Source: Phoronis australis
Lineage: Eukaryota > Animalia > Phoronida
Direction of reading: 5' to 3'
DNA: 64,000 nt
Assembly (NCBI GenBank): GCA_002633005.1
Contig: NMRA01000005.1
Span: forward strand, 2,083,114 to 2,147,113
Made by a program: the position numbers and the translations under genes
Shown here: positions 11,237 to 24,679 of the stretch, one piece after another
How the letters are laid out: each line of letters opens with the position of its first letter
Position numbering within the stretch: the stretch's first letter is position 1
The notes under the pieces: generated by a model
Told to the model about the DNA's origin: nothing
Database searches by the model: none
The model's input: the letters and a program-made list of their open reading frames with translations, nothing else

Positions 11237-14172
11237 TGTATTGTTTCACTTCGCAGCACTGTCAGGAAGCCTAGGTAAAACGATAAAATTCGTAATGCAG
11301 GAACTTAATTTTTCCGAACATTCGAGATACTGTGCGAAATTTTGAAACTGACAAATGGAATTATATATTCCCTAAGAAATGACAAGCAATTTTCAATGTT
11401 GATGAAAATGATTTCATAACGAATTAAGAAGCACAGGGGGAGTAGGCAGAAATCTTCTCAAAGACAAGAAGATCTATCTGTGTGCTTTGTAATATAAAAT
11501 ATTGCACATTTGCAGGATATCGCGCTGTTGTGCACGTTTTGCTGTAAATTTAAGAATACATAGTTTTAAAAGTGTGACAACCACGGTGCTGGCGATTTGA
11601 ATCGAACCAAACTTTTGGGCCTTTGCTACAAACGCTTATCTAGTCAACTTTCATCTAATACTCAGTTCTTTCGTGATTTCTAATCTCACGCGATAGCCGG
11701 AAAGATCGAATACGAATTCCATAAGTTAGGATTCATAGAAGCGTCGTTTTATTTATGCTACGACAGTGCAGTAGAAACTGACAATCTCGCATCAACGTAC
11801 CTCGTCTTTCGCCGTTTATCACAGGGAGCATAGAAAATAGAACATTTCTTTGATCGGGATTGGAAACTAAGCTGGTTTTGTAACCGAACACAAGATGGAG
11901 CTGCGTGATGCCAGACATTTGTCTCGCACCCAGCTTCTATGGGCTTTAGAAACTAGTGAACATCTTTGACATCCGGTTCATCATATATGTTTTTAACCAA
12001 ATAATATTCAAAACCATAGATTTTAACTCTCTAAAAGTACATATTTTAATTTAAAAAGCCTATAGACTTTGATTTTTTACTTTTTACCACTGTGCTATTG
12101 ATGGGTCTCATGGTCTTATTTTTTATCAAAATCTAATGGAAAAGAATGATGCATTGATAACAAATCAACGGTGTCGAGAACATGACCAAAATGTGTTTGA
12201 TATAAATGCTTACAGTTTTCTATCATTTTGCTTTCATTTTATTCAACAAATATCATAAAACTTCTGCTTCTGATAGCCATATGAGTGAGATTTTCAAAAC
12301 AAACCCTGAAAGCTTTTTGGAGACCAGTCCATAAAATTATCATCTGAAACTTTCTAATGCCAGATGATCAATAAAGGTTTTAATCACGATGTCTAGTGCA
12401 CACAATGGCACTCGAGCAGACCACTTTGTTTATGTTCACAGTATCCTTCACCTATTTTATATAAAGATAATTGGAAAGAGAGCAGCGTGCAACGGAAACT
12501 ATATAGTAGCAATGGAATAATCATTTGTAAAATAATGAAATAAGAGACACATTTAAGTTGTTGAAATTCTTGTACAAATCAGATCGCGCGATCAGAAATC
12601 TAGCCGAATGGTCTTGTGTTTTAGATTCACTGCACCTTCATGATAATGGTGGCTGGTTGCGAGACAAGCCAGCTGTGAGTGGTTGTTGGTCGTGCATTTT
12701 GAAAGCTTACTATGTGAACTGATGGTGAATACTATATGAAAACCTTGTCATTTTCTTTTGCAAAAGGAAACATAAGCTGACATGCAATATTCATACATTG
12801 AAAATTCAAGACTTGACCAACTTCTAAGCAGCTGATGTCATGTGCAAACCCAACGCCACAAATCTTTCCCCTCTGACAGAAAATTTCAGCTTTTTGCTGA
12901 TGATAAATATGAAATAAGATCAAGAAATTTACAAAGAAAATTATTTGTTGACTTGGTTGTGATATCAGAGTACAGTAAAAGTACTTTACTAGGTTCAACA
13001 GTTTCAAGTCACGAGACTGGTTTGATAAGAGCTTGTTGATATATGTTTTAAGATTGATAAACTAGCAAACGATCTTGACAGGAATTCATCCTCGCCAATT
13101 GATTGAACGCGTCTTTAGATATCGATATGGAACGCTACTAGCGTCACCTTGTGACGGGTCTTTTCTGAAACCTAGCAACACTCTTTCTGTGTGCCTTATC
13201 CGGGTTTTTACTCCAAGAAAGCCCAGCTCATTGAGGCTTTGCAAAATAACGTTTGTTCAGCTTGTTCTCGTGCAAGGTTTGAAGTTCGCTTTGTGTTAAA
13301 GACAAGATTCCTTTCGCTCTTACATCCCATGATTACCAAGAAACCACTTTGAATCTTGTTTAATCGAGTGAAATTTAAGAATTCGTTGGACAGAAAATAC
13401 ACGAAAGTGGTAATTTTGATTTATTATGCTTCATTGTGTGGTAACATAATACCATTTTAGTTGTAGTTGATATTATTTTGATAATTTTATAAATTGCGAA
13501 GCCCTTGTACATTTATTTTTATGTTTGATAGGTTGTTATAACTTTTTTTTATGTGATGTTATTTTTGTCAACTAATACATTTAAAAGTTCAAGTTCAGTT
13601 GTATTGTAAGAAGGTGGGTAACTTTTTTTTAATAAATTTTGACTGCTGCAGCTTCTTCCTTTCGTATTTTTTTCTTTTCTTGAATTAACATTTTCATAGT
13701 AAAAATATTATGTTGTATTCGTTACGAATAAATATTTGATTGGCTGATTGGAACCCATAAGAATTATTCCCCAAAGGCTCACTCATGCTAAATAAACGCA
13801 TAATTTTGTGAATTTTAAGTCGATTTGTACCAATTCGAAAATGGGAACTGACTATAGCTTTTGAATGACTAAAATCAGTTTGTCTAAGTTATATACACGT
13901 ATGTGTTTTATTTTGTTGTGTAGTTTTGGGTTTTGAAACTCTCACGCCGATCAATCTGCTGATTTTCATCGGCCGCAATTCATAAACTGTCATTTCTATT
14001 CTCGGAATTTTGGGTTTGTGACAATTTGTGTTTATGTATACAATTATCGAGACATGTACTTCAAAATGCTTGTGTGATGTTTTTAAAGTGGCATAGAACG
14101 TGAAAAACAAAATAAATTATATTATTCAAAGTGGTTCTCTGCCACCCAAACAGAAGTCAACCTGTTTACCAG

Positions 14173-14432
14173 TACTCGATTGCATGAAGCAGTCCGAGAT
14201 AGGGACTCAACTAAGTTCCCTAAATCTTTTGCTTACTTTTTTCGTACTTTACTCACAGATGTAATATTTTTTTCTATATTTGTTTTCTTTATTATGATCT
14301 TCTCTTTGTCCAGTGACATTTCCAAATAATATAACTAATAAAAACAGAACCTTTAATTCAGTCAAAATCGTTAAGGACTTTTAAAAGTCCTTAAATTAGG
14401 GGCGTTGTATGAAAAGGTCCCTACTCATTTTC

Positions 14433-14484
<52 letters not shown>

Positions 14485-14651
14485 GTAATAATAATAATAA
14501 TAATTTAACGTAGAGTTAACAAATGGACTTAGTAAAGAAACTTAAACAGCATAAGAAAGGACAGTCAATGCTTTCAATAGCCCACAAATATGCAGTAGAT
14601 TTAGGAAACTTAGTCGAGTCCCTATTTAGGACTGTTTCATGCAACCGGGCA
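14173..14651. mobile_element. PIF/Harbinger-like MITE, family B, with an internal (AAT)n
   Basis: About 60-bp imperfect TIRs (TTGCATGAAGCAGTCC..GGGACTCAACTAAGTTCCCTAAATCT mirrored at 14598-14651); CAG on both sides. Confidence 0.7.
14433..14504. repeat. (AAT)n microsatellite
   Basis: Directly visible. Confidence 0.95.
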
Positions 14652-14654
14652 CAG

Positions 14655-14869
14655 GGCCCAGTTTATTTATTTATTTATTTACTGGCCTCTTCAGTGTTAG
14701 CCATGCTTTCCAAGAGGGCCCTCAATTGCATATAAGTTATACGCCGTATACCAACAGTGACGTCGCATTATCACACGTCACGTTGCTATTATTGAACAAT
14801 ATGCATCTGACGTCATGATACAATCAAACCTATTCAGCAGGTAATTTTGAAGCTTCATGAAACTCAGTC
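14655..14869. mobile_element. PIF/Harbinger-like MITE, family A, interrupted by a short (TTTA)n-tailed insert
   Basis: Body matches 1049-1197 (TATACGCCGTATA..GACGTC..ATTGAACAAT); flanked by CAG. Confidence 0.6.
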
Positions 14870-15902
14870 CAGGTATTTCTACGTTAGTTCGCAAAACTTT
14901 TGAGTTTCTGTTCATGTCAAAGCATGTTCATGTCTAATTTCAACTGCTTGTCACTTCATCTATTCTCTGCACAGCAAACCACGCCTCCTTTGACCTAGAC
15001 GTACACATGTAGGATATTTTCATAATGTGGAAAATTTGACCTTTGACGTTTGATGTAAACAAAACAATAGCGAATTAGCAGTCGGTTTGACATCTTTAAG
15101 CGCATGCACGCATACATGTACATATTATTAGGGCACAGCATTTGAAAAGTGCATTTGGATGAAAGACGTTATATTTCGTCTGTGTTTTAGAAATAGCGAA
15201 TCCGACATTTTTGTCTAGAAATTCTTGCTTGCAATATTCAATGTGAATCATCTCTCGCGTTAGCATCCCCAAGAAGTAGATTCACCACAACACGTTTAAA
15301 AGGTATTACGAGTTTTGGCGTTCCATGCCTCGATCTTTAAAAAAGATTTCCAGGCTCCAAGTCGATGAAGTTCATGTTGCGGTAGGATCTTCGACAACGA
15401 ACAAAAACTATTTTGGTTGTCATATGGTTACATCAAATATTAACTCGTCTAAACTACATCTAGCAAAATGTTATTTTGTTCTTATACTAAATTACCACAA
15501 AGCATTGACGTAACGCATAGATTAAAGATGACACACAAAGTTTCTGCCTACATTTCATTTGCTATTTCAGTTTACTTGTCATTGAACATTACTCTATACG
15601 TCCAAATTTCAAAACTCCAAAATTAGGCTAATTAGTGAACTTATGAAAAATATATCAACACAGTGTTTTGAAGCTGTGTTTATAAAAACATGGGTTTAGC
15701 AAATATCACACCCCAACTATTGTGCTACACGGCGAAATGTTTGTTATGAGCCATGTTACAGTGTGAATGGGATCATACGGCATAACCGTGGGTATAACGT
15801 AATAGAGCAGTTGTGAGCGTGTGATAAAATCTAGCTCCTTCGTTAACTGCCGAGCATAGTCTTTTGTCTGGTACGACAACATGTGGGCCAGTTACCTACC
15901 AG

Positions 15903-16128
15903 GGCCCGGTCTCCAATCTTTTTACTCGAAATAGAACTCGAAATTAGGTTTGGCATTTTGTACTCTACTTTTGGGCGAACTCAAGATAAGTGTCTATTAT
16001 TCCATGCTCGAGTACACAATAACTTACGTAGATAATTTATTGCCCTTAGTTCACAGTTTGTAAACCCAATATTAAAGCAATAAGTTCGAGTTTGAACTCG
16101 AAATTTCGAGTTTTTACTCGAGTTTGTA
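15903..16128. mobile_element. 5' part of a Harbinger-like MITE found in only one of two duplicate copies
   Basis: Starts GGCCCGG right after CAG (15900-15902); the duplicate copy has the empty site TACCAGGATT at about 17585-17594; internal ACTCGAAA / TTTCGAGT inverted motifs. Confidence 0.6.
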
Positions 16129-19100
16129 NAATAATAATAATAATAATTTAACGTAGAGTTAACAAATGGACTTAGTAAAGAAACTTAAACAGCATAAGAA
16201 AGGACAGTCAATGCTTTCAATAGCCCACAAATATGCAGTAGATTTAGGAAACTTAGTCGAGTCCCTATTTAGGACTGTTTCATGCAACCGGGCACAGGGC
16301 CCAGTTCATTTATTTATTTATTTACTGTGATATTTAAAATCAGGGTGGCCTCTTCAGTGTTAGCCATGCTTTCCAAGAGGGCCCTCAATTGCATATAAGT
16401 TATACGCCGTATACCAACAGTGACGTCGCATTATCACACTTCACCTTGTTATTATTGAACAATATGCATCTGACGTCATGATACAATCAAACCTATTCAG
16501 CAGGTAATTTTGAAGCTTCATGAAACTCAGCCCAGGTATTTCTACGTTAGTTCGCAAAACTTTTGAGTTTCTGTTCATGTCAAAGCATGTTCATGTCTAA
16601 TTTCATAAGAAAACAATCTTTCAACTGCTTCACTTGTCACTTCGTCTATTCTTCTCTGCACAGCAAAGCACGCCTCCTTTGACCTAGACGTAGGACATTT
16701 TCATAAAGTGGAAAATTTGACCTTTGACGTTTGATGTAAACAAAACAATAGCGAATTAGCAGTCGGTTTGACATCTTTAAGCGCATGCGCGCATACATGT
16801 ACATACATGTATTATTAGGGCACAGCATTTGAAAAGTGCATTTGGATGAAAGACGTTATATTTCGTCTGTATTTTAGAAATAGCGAATCCGACATTTTTG
16901 TCTAGAAATTCTTGCTTGCAATATTCAATGTGAATCATCTCTCGCGTTAGCATCCCCAAGAAGTAGATTCACCACAACACGTTTAAATGGTATTACGAGT
17001 TTTGGCGTTCCGTGCCTCGATCTTTAAAAAAAGATTTCGAGGTTCCAAGTCGATGAAGTTCATGTTGCGGTAGGATCTTCGACAACGAACAAAAACTATT
17101 TTGGTTGTCATATGGTTACATCATATATTAACTCATCTAAACTACATCTAGCAAAATGTTATTTTGTTCTTATAGTAAATTACCACAAAGCATTGACGTA
17201 ACGCATAGATTAAAGATGACACACAAAGTTTCTGCCTACATTTCATTTGCTATTTCAGTTTACTTGTCATTGAACATTACTCTATACGTCCAAATTTCAA
17301 AACTCCAAAATTCGGCTAATTAGTGAACTTATGAAAAATATATCAACACAGTGTTTTGAAGCTGTGTTTATAAAAACATGGGTTTAGCAAATATCACACC
17401 CCAACTGTTGTGCTACACGGTGACATGTTTGTTTTGAGCCATGTTACAATGTGAATGGGATCATACGGCATAACCGTGGGTATAACATAATAGAGCGGTT
17501 GTGAGCGTGTGATAAAATCTAGCTCCTTCGTTAACTGCCGAGCATAGTCTTTTGTCTGGTACGACAACATGTGGGCCAGTTACCTACCAGGATTAGTACC
17601 GATCACTTGTGAACAATCAAACCCAGTGCGTTGGTACCTTCTGACAAAATAGATTGTAGTTGGAGGATTTTGGTGATTCAAAAACTATAAGCATGACAAA
17701 TATTTGATGAGGAATTCAGAAATGTTATGATTTATGTTCAAACATTTCATAACTTAACGTATCGGGGATTAGAGCAACTATGGAACATAAGAGAGTGGTG
17801 ACCCTCAGCTCCAACCCTAAAGCCAGAATCATCAGTATGAGATACCGGCTACGGCGGAGTCCGCCCAACTTTTTGTGCTTTTCAACCGAACAAGTTGGAC
17901 TCAACAGAAGGACGTCGTAATGTAAAAAGCAAAGAACATAGATTTTGGAATTCATATTAAGTAAAAACACAACGTCATATGATAGTCATTAATACCAAAT
18001 TTTTACTGAAGTACAATTAACAAACAGCATCATCATTGGATAACAACATATGCTGGTCAATAATTATTTTTTGATTGAACTTACATATGGTCTCAATCAC
18101 AAAGACTGAGATCAGTGGAAATAACGCATGGTCGCTCCGTTTAAACTATGGTACTAAAACCTAAAAAACTTTGTGGCAGCACCACTAAACTCCATGGCAA
18201 AATCAAAAAAAACATGACTTAATGGCAAGACCAAGAAATCTACTCTTTGGCTGCAGGCATAACACTGCGAGTCCCCGGATTTCCTGACTGATGTCGTAGG
18301 ACTCTCAGTGTTTTCCAGGCAATTTTGTCCTGGTTGACACTATCCAATATGGCGCCAGATTGACAACGCGAGCTTCGTGTATCTGAGTAGAGCGCGCCCA
18401 GTCTATTTGATGTCATTGATTGGTTCCTTCACTCTCATAAAATCAGTCGCATAATGTTCTTTGCTGTGTAAGAGTTCAATTTCCAATACCGACTCAAGTC
18501 ACAGGCTATGCGTACATTTTTGAATTTGTAATTTTGTGATTGCCCATCTCAGTAAGCTCTCAAGCGTTTTGTTGAGTCATTGATGGTTGCGATGTTACTT
18601 TTCGTGAGGGAAATGTGATGCTTCCACGGTACTATACTTAAATTCTGTGATTGATTTATGAGATTAAAAGACCAAATTCAATTTCCATTTTTCAGCCATG
18701 CTGCAATGCAGGGTGAAATAGGCCTACAGCTTCATAAGATAAACATCAGACTTGTTGACTCTGTGGTATAGAAATTTCCCACGCTTATACGCCTAGACTA
18801 AAAATTTTGTGTGTTTTTCATTTATTTGTTGACACCGTTCATTTAACCACCAGGATATCGAAAGTGTTCTTTTGAACAGCAAGACGACTCTCAAGTATAT
18901 TACAATACCTGGTCAAATCAACGGGCAGCGTAAAAATGCTATTGCATCATGCTTTCACAATATGGATATGTTATTTTAGAACACTAAATAAATATCTACA
19001 GTATAGAAAAAACGTGAAGCAAATGTTTGAAACAGAAATGTCTGTTATACCAAGAGCGGGGAAAGCTGGTTTGACGATTTGAAAATTCCAGTTTTTACCC

Positions 19101-22100
19101 ATCTTGGGACCGACTGTAATGCTTGCCCCATATACACAAACTCGTCATTGGTGTGGTGATCCAACCTTCCACAGTCTACCAATTCCATTTCAGCGTTTTC
19201 CAAAACAATTTCCCAACTTTCAAACCAGTAATTAAGCATACATATGGTTGCAGTAAAAATTATGTTGACAGTAACTGGTGCTTTGCTTCAGCTTCCTATA
19301 CCTAAAGGACAAATAAACTCGGACAGGCTTGATATTGTTTTATTCATATCTTTTACTATATAATAAGTCAAATAACATAGTTACGCGAATATTAATTTGG
19401 CCTCAGAAAGCAAAGCTCAGTAATTATCGGTAGACATAACTACTACTGGCATTCAATTTTCATCATCATATCAATAATGTTACTTGAGGCCAATAGAGAC
19501 ATATACGTGATTGCAAAAACAATGCCACAATACCAAAAAATGATACATCAATAAAACAATGCAAGCTAGGCGATCAGTTGGTGTAAAAAGCAGAAAGCAA
19601 CCAGTTGAAAGCGAAATCTCATACTTTCCATTGTGCAATGCTCTAAAAATATCAATTTCATAACATAACGACCACACAAAAAATATACAACAATGCTGTA
19701 TAAAATATTTTTGGAGATTTAATTTGCAGAACATGCAGTAAGTACAAGTGATATTAAACGGCAATAGTACATTTTGCTTGGAATTAGTCAAACAATTTTC
19801 CCTAATGAGCAACGTGAAACAGCCCTCGCGTCCTCTCGTCTAGACGAATCAAATGCTTTCACGAATAAATAATTAATTAGCTATTGATCTGGTTTTTCCA
19901 AGCACACGTGGACACAGTAGAAAACTGCGTTAATTTAATGAAAACTCTGTTCCTTATAGTTTCACTTACCAAAACATTGCTTATTATGCTGTTTTGACCA
20001 CGGCAGTTGACGGTGAAAAATTGACCAAAAGTGGTCAATTTACTGAATATCAACGATCAATATGCGATTGTCGAGCGGACAAGTTCTCTAATCACTGCCT
20101 TGTAAGTAAGCTAATCCTGCGATAGGGTTACTTCTTCAATGTCGCTCATAGACAGTAATTCTTAATTCTAGTCGTGTACTTGCATAACACAGTATGTCAT
20201 TTCATAAGGCTATCATCATTGACCTTTCAATCGAATCACGACTCACCGTGTCAGTTCGTTGCAAAATTTCCAAATGAGCTTATTTGGAATTTTCCGTCAA
20301 CTTTATTTGCCTCGAACTTCAACGGAATATCACGATCGCTGTTTCGTGAACTATTTTACAGTACCTAAGGTCGCGATCAAACGCTAAATAGTAATAATGA
20401 ACATGAATTTCGATTAAACGCAGGCAGGAGGAATGGTGAATACTTAAAAAATTATTTTACTTTTAGTTTATAATATCTAAATACACCTTACATGAAATAA
20501 GGGAAATTCCCCAACGGTTATACTACGTCATCATGACGATGAACAACCGAGAGATCGAATATTGACAGTGATATTATTTAGCAACCCTGAGAATGAAATG
20601 CGTCTTGTTAGTCTCGAATCTGTTTCCAACACTTAACGCCATTGCCCATTTGGTACACGCATTCAAGGACTCCTTGATCATGATAAATAGCAGAATAACC
20701 TTTAACATCTTTCAGTAAATTAGTAAATGTCCTAACCGGAGAACGAATGCCAGGTAAATTGAAAATGGACAACCACCGAGATCTCTAACTAGCGTTATGT
20801 ATTTCATACAGTATGGTAACATTGTTTAAGTTTGTAGATCGAACCAAGGTTTCTGTTAGAGACAATCGAGCCGCGAAGTAGCTTTTAGTAACTAAAAGTG
20901 TCCTTTCTAATAATTTTCCGCCCATGTGCGTTGTACGTCACAAGGGCATTAGATTTTGTTCACACATTTTTACGTGTCCTAGTTGTTTTTGGACCTCCCT
21001 AAAATTTAATGTCGAAGTTCTCACTCCTCGATCTACATATAGGTTATAACCGAGAAATGTTCATATGACGTACTGTTACCCCGTTTTGAGGACAGCAACT
21101 TAGCGGTTTTCAGTCATCATATCAACACCCAAACACGCGCAAACATACCTAAGATACTACAGAACATGGTGATGGCCCGAGAGATCCGGGTATAGAATTT
21201 GCCAGTTCTCAGAAACTACATGTGCAGTCCAGTGTCCGTGCATTAAGTACTTCCATTTCTCTCTAACAATGAATGTTTGTCTTTTCTACGTCACCTACTC
21301 CAAAAACCTTTGCTAACATGGACCCCAAACACTTGAGTCACGACGTATTTAATCGGTAACGACACGTCTGTCAAAGGATTGCTAAATTTTTCCTCAACTC
21401 AATTGAAAGTGAAACTGAAAGTGTTGCTATACTGAAACGATCAATAATAAGATCAACGTGGTCAAATAAAAGATGACAATGACAAAGCAGTGTTTGTATA
21501 GCGAGATTGAACGGATTATGTACAACGATCGAGCAAAGTGTTTGTGGATGTTCTTTATCGCAATCAAATGAACAAGAATACCCAAGCCTTCTGCTCCTAA
21601 TTTTTGAAAAATTGGGAAAATGGACAGAACTCCCTCATGTGTGCAGTTAAATTCTTGACCATATAAGGGATGTTTGCTTAATTCTAAATGCCAGTTTATT
21701 TTCCTAAGTTCGCAAAAACGTGGGACAAAATCCTCATCTTGTTACACATGTCGATATCTCGCAGCACCTTGCGTGTCTTGCGTTTTCGTGAGGTTTTCTA
21801 CCCCTGCACGTGGAAAAACAGTACGAGGTCTAAAATCTCAGGCGAACTCCCGCTGTGCAGTAACAAGTTGGCATCATGCCACCAAGAGAACGTGCGACAA
21901 AAATCCACTTTAGTTGATTCTTATCTCTCAAAATGTCCATTGGTGTCCACAGCCAAAAACAATTTTGGACGGGTTGGCCAAACACGTCAAAAGGGAAGAT
22001 TTCCTGATGTTACTTTTTTGCTAGTTGAATAGAAATGGATTTGATTATGCTGTGGGAAAGTACATGTGTTATGAAACTTCCCTCGTTAGTGCCTTTCATT

Positions 22101-24679
22101 AACCTGTTTGGTTTGTGGTGAGCAAAAAGGAAACGCCCTTTTAATAGAAGCGTTTCCAGGGGTCCAACTGGTTGAGACTTTTTGATTACACTTCAAACTC
22201 ATGCTCATCTAATTTTTGTACCAGTGCGAAACACTAAAAGGAGCCCTTTGCAGTCCTCTTTACTTTTAAAACATAAGACGTTTTGGAAATCGCTAACCTG
22301 CGTTGCGTTAATTAATAATTTTGTGGCTGTTCATTCATGAGGACCTTTTTAGTAACACCGTGTTGTTTCGTAAGATAAACACTGAACACATAACGCGTAC
22401 AGATTATGTTTCTTTATTCGATTTCCTATTTCTAACACATTTGTGTGTTGACCTACTCACAAAAGTCTGACTCTATTATTTTTTCGATCTTTACCAACAA
22501 ACTCTCGTAACACCGGCTGTTATGAATTAAAAGTTCTCTGAAAGTAATCTTTTTATTCAGTTCATTCTCCTACAAACGTAAAAATGACACAGAAGCCTTG
22601 GTTGCTATCCAACCATTCAATAATGATTACTCGGAGAGACACACAGAGGCTAGCGCGTTTATTATTAGAAATGACATCATAATAGCAACGGATGGAGATA
22701 CGAGAGCTGGTCGAATAGAAAAATTCATAAAACATTTTTTTATAAAATTGCGTATAAATAATTACACACAAAATGTACACAAAATACCATGTAAAATCCA
22801 ACACTTGAATTTTGAAACTAATTTGCGACAGAGAATCAAGATTAATTGGTGTTGTCTACAACAATTAGATGAATAGATAATGAGGTTCAATGATTTTATT
22901 AGTGTTAAATCAGAATTTACAGACCGAGAGATGTTAAACAATCGAAAACAATTCATACGGATGGATATGTATATTTATACCCCATCGTGTGGTTTACCCT
23001 TTGATCTTAAGCATTCAACATGACCAAAGATACCGACTGTTAAAATTTAACAAAAACAACAAATACAATATGAAACACAATTGAGTCTAAACTCAAATAG
23101 AACAGTTATATTACGACTAGCACGTAGCCAAATATCTATAAATATATAGGATTCATTTTGTAAAAGGATTGAAAGCAGAAAACGTGTCAATGAGTGATTA
23201 AGGGGATCACAAAACAATGCACTTAAATACAATTAGCAAAAGGTAGTAGCAAGACAGCAATGTAAAAGGATGCAGTCTCAAGTACATTCTCTCTCTTAGA
23301 CAGCTGCCAAGACTCCTTGCTTGTAACGAGTGTCACCAGCGTTCTGCTTCATTTTGCCTGATTACAATCTCACTTCACAACTGCTGAGGAAAGGTTTAGC
23401 CAAGCGCATCAAATTCGCGAAATGGTAGAAATCGTTTCAGTAACAAGCAGTTGTGTGCATATTCTTAGAAATAGTTGTTTGGTGCATAAAACTAAGATAC
23501 TCAGTCTTGGCATGAAGTCAATGTTCAAGAAATAGACCCAGACTGACGTTGATGTTGTCTACCTTAAAGAAATCAAGATAGCCTTACTGTTGTACAATCA
23601 AGCAGAGACGGGATAAATAAATGTGGCACAGTGCTTCTACATACATGTAGGTTGTGACTGGAAATTTTCTTTTCGTGAGCCGACAGTGTCAACATAGGTA
23701 TTTCATCATCTATTATAACAATGCAAGGAGAGGCATCGATCGGGAATTCGAATCACCTGATCAGTTCACGACGCAAAAACGAAGCGATGACGTTCATTGT
23801 CCAATTTTCATGAACATGCCAGTAAACGCAATTTTTTTTCAGTAGATTGCGACATCTCCACACTGAGGTGGGAGTTTCAGCGAGTATACAGGAGCAGCAA
23901 AAGAATAGTTCTTGCAAACAATGAATTGTAGCCATGACCAAACGCATATTATGAGTCGTCAGTAAATTCACATACATTCATACAACAACAATGGATATTT
24001 TAAACATATTTATTTATTTATCAGGTCTTTTTATGGCATGTTAGCTAAACCGGTATGAGAAACAGTCATGGAAAAACCAAACGCGTGATAGGGTGTCGAT
24101 TACATCTGCATAGTCCAATCGATGTATTCAAGACAGCAAGATACTTGTACATTTGCAGTATTATTGTAGAAATATATCAGGACTTGCATTAGGTATTAGA
24201 TTGAGTTTACTAAACAAATTTTCTTACAAATGCCTTAGGATCCAGGCTGCGTGCCCCCAATAATGTACAGACTTAAGGGGCTAAACCTTTGAGATGAGAC
24301 GTTCGTCATTTTTGCCTGAATCTCTCAAGTCTAGACATGTTTTGTGAAACTGGAGCAAAATTACTTCCGTCACTGACACCACCTGCTTAATGAAATGAGT
24401 AATTAATTTTTCCCCCTATGAAAGAATATTGGTCTAGCTAAAACTCAGTGTGTCACAATATGGATTTGGTGACTTTTGAGATGTAAAGCCTCCCGCATTA
24501 ACTCGTTAGTTACGCTTGTCCGTATGGTATTGTTAGTAAGGAGTTGTGGAGCTTTATTTGAACATTTAAACATTGGCAAACGTCTGTAGAGCATTGTTTT
24601 GTTTCGAAGATTTAAATACGAAATTGATGTTTACATTATTCTGTTGATAGTAGAAATCCGAGCCGTTGTGTCATTTTAA

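Noticed and set aside
11700-13420. Possible decayed transposase or gene
   Set aside because: Only short ORFs; I could not support any motif or termini.
16330-16390. CTGAAGA and GAAA as a hammerhead ribozyme core
   Set aside because: The motif order and stems do not form a hammerhead three-way junction.
19045-19305. Exon-like minus-strand segment after a good acceptor
   Set aside because: All frames from the acceptor stop early and there is no recognisable homology.
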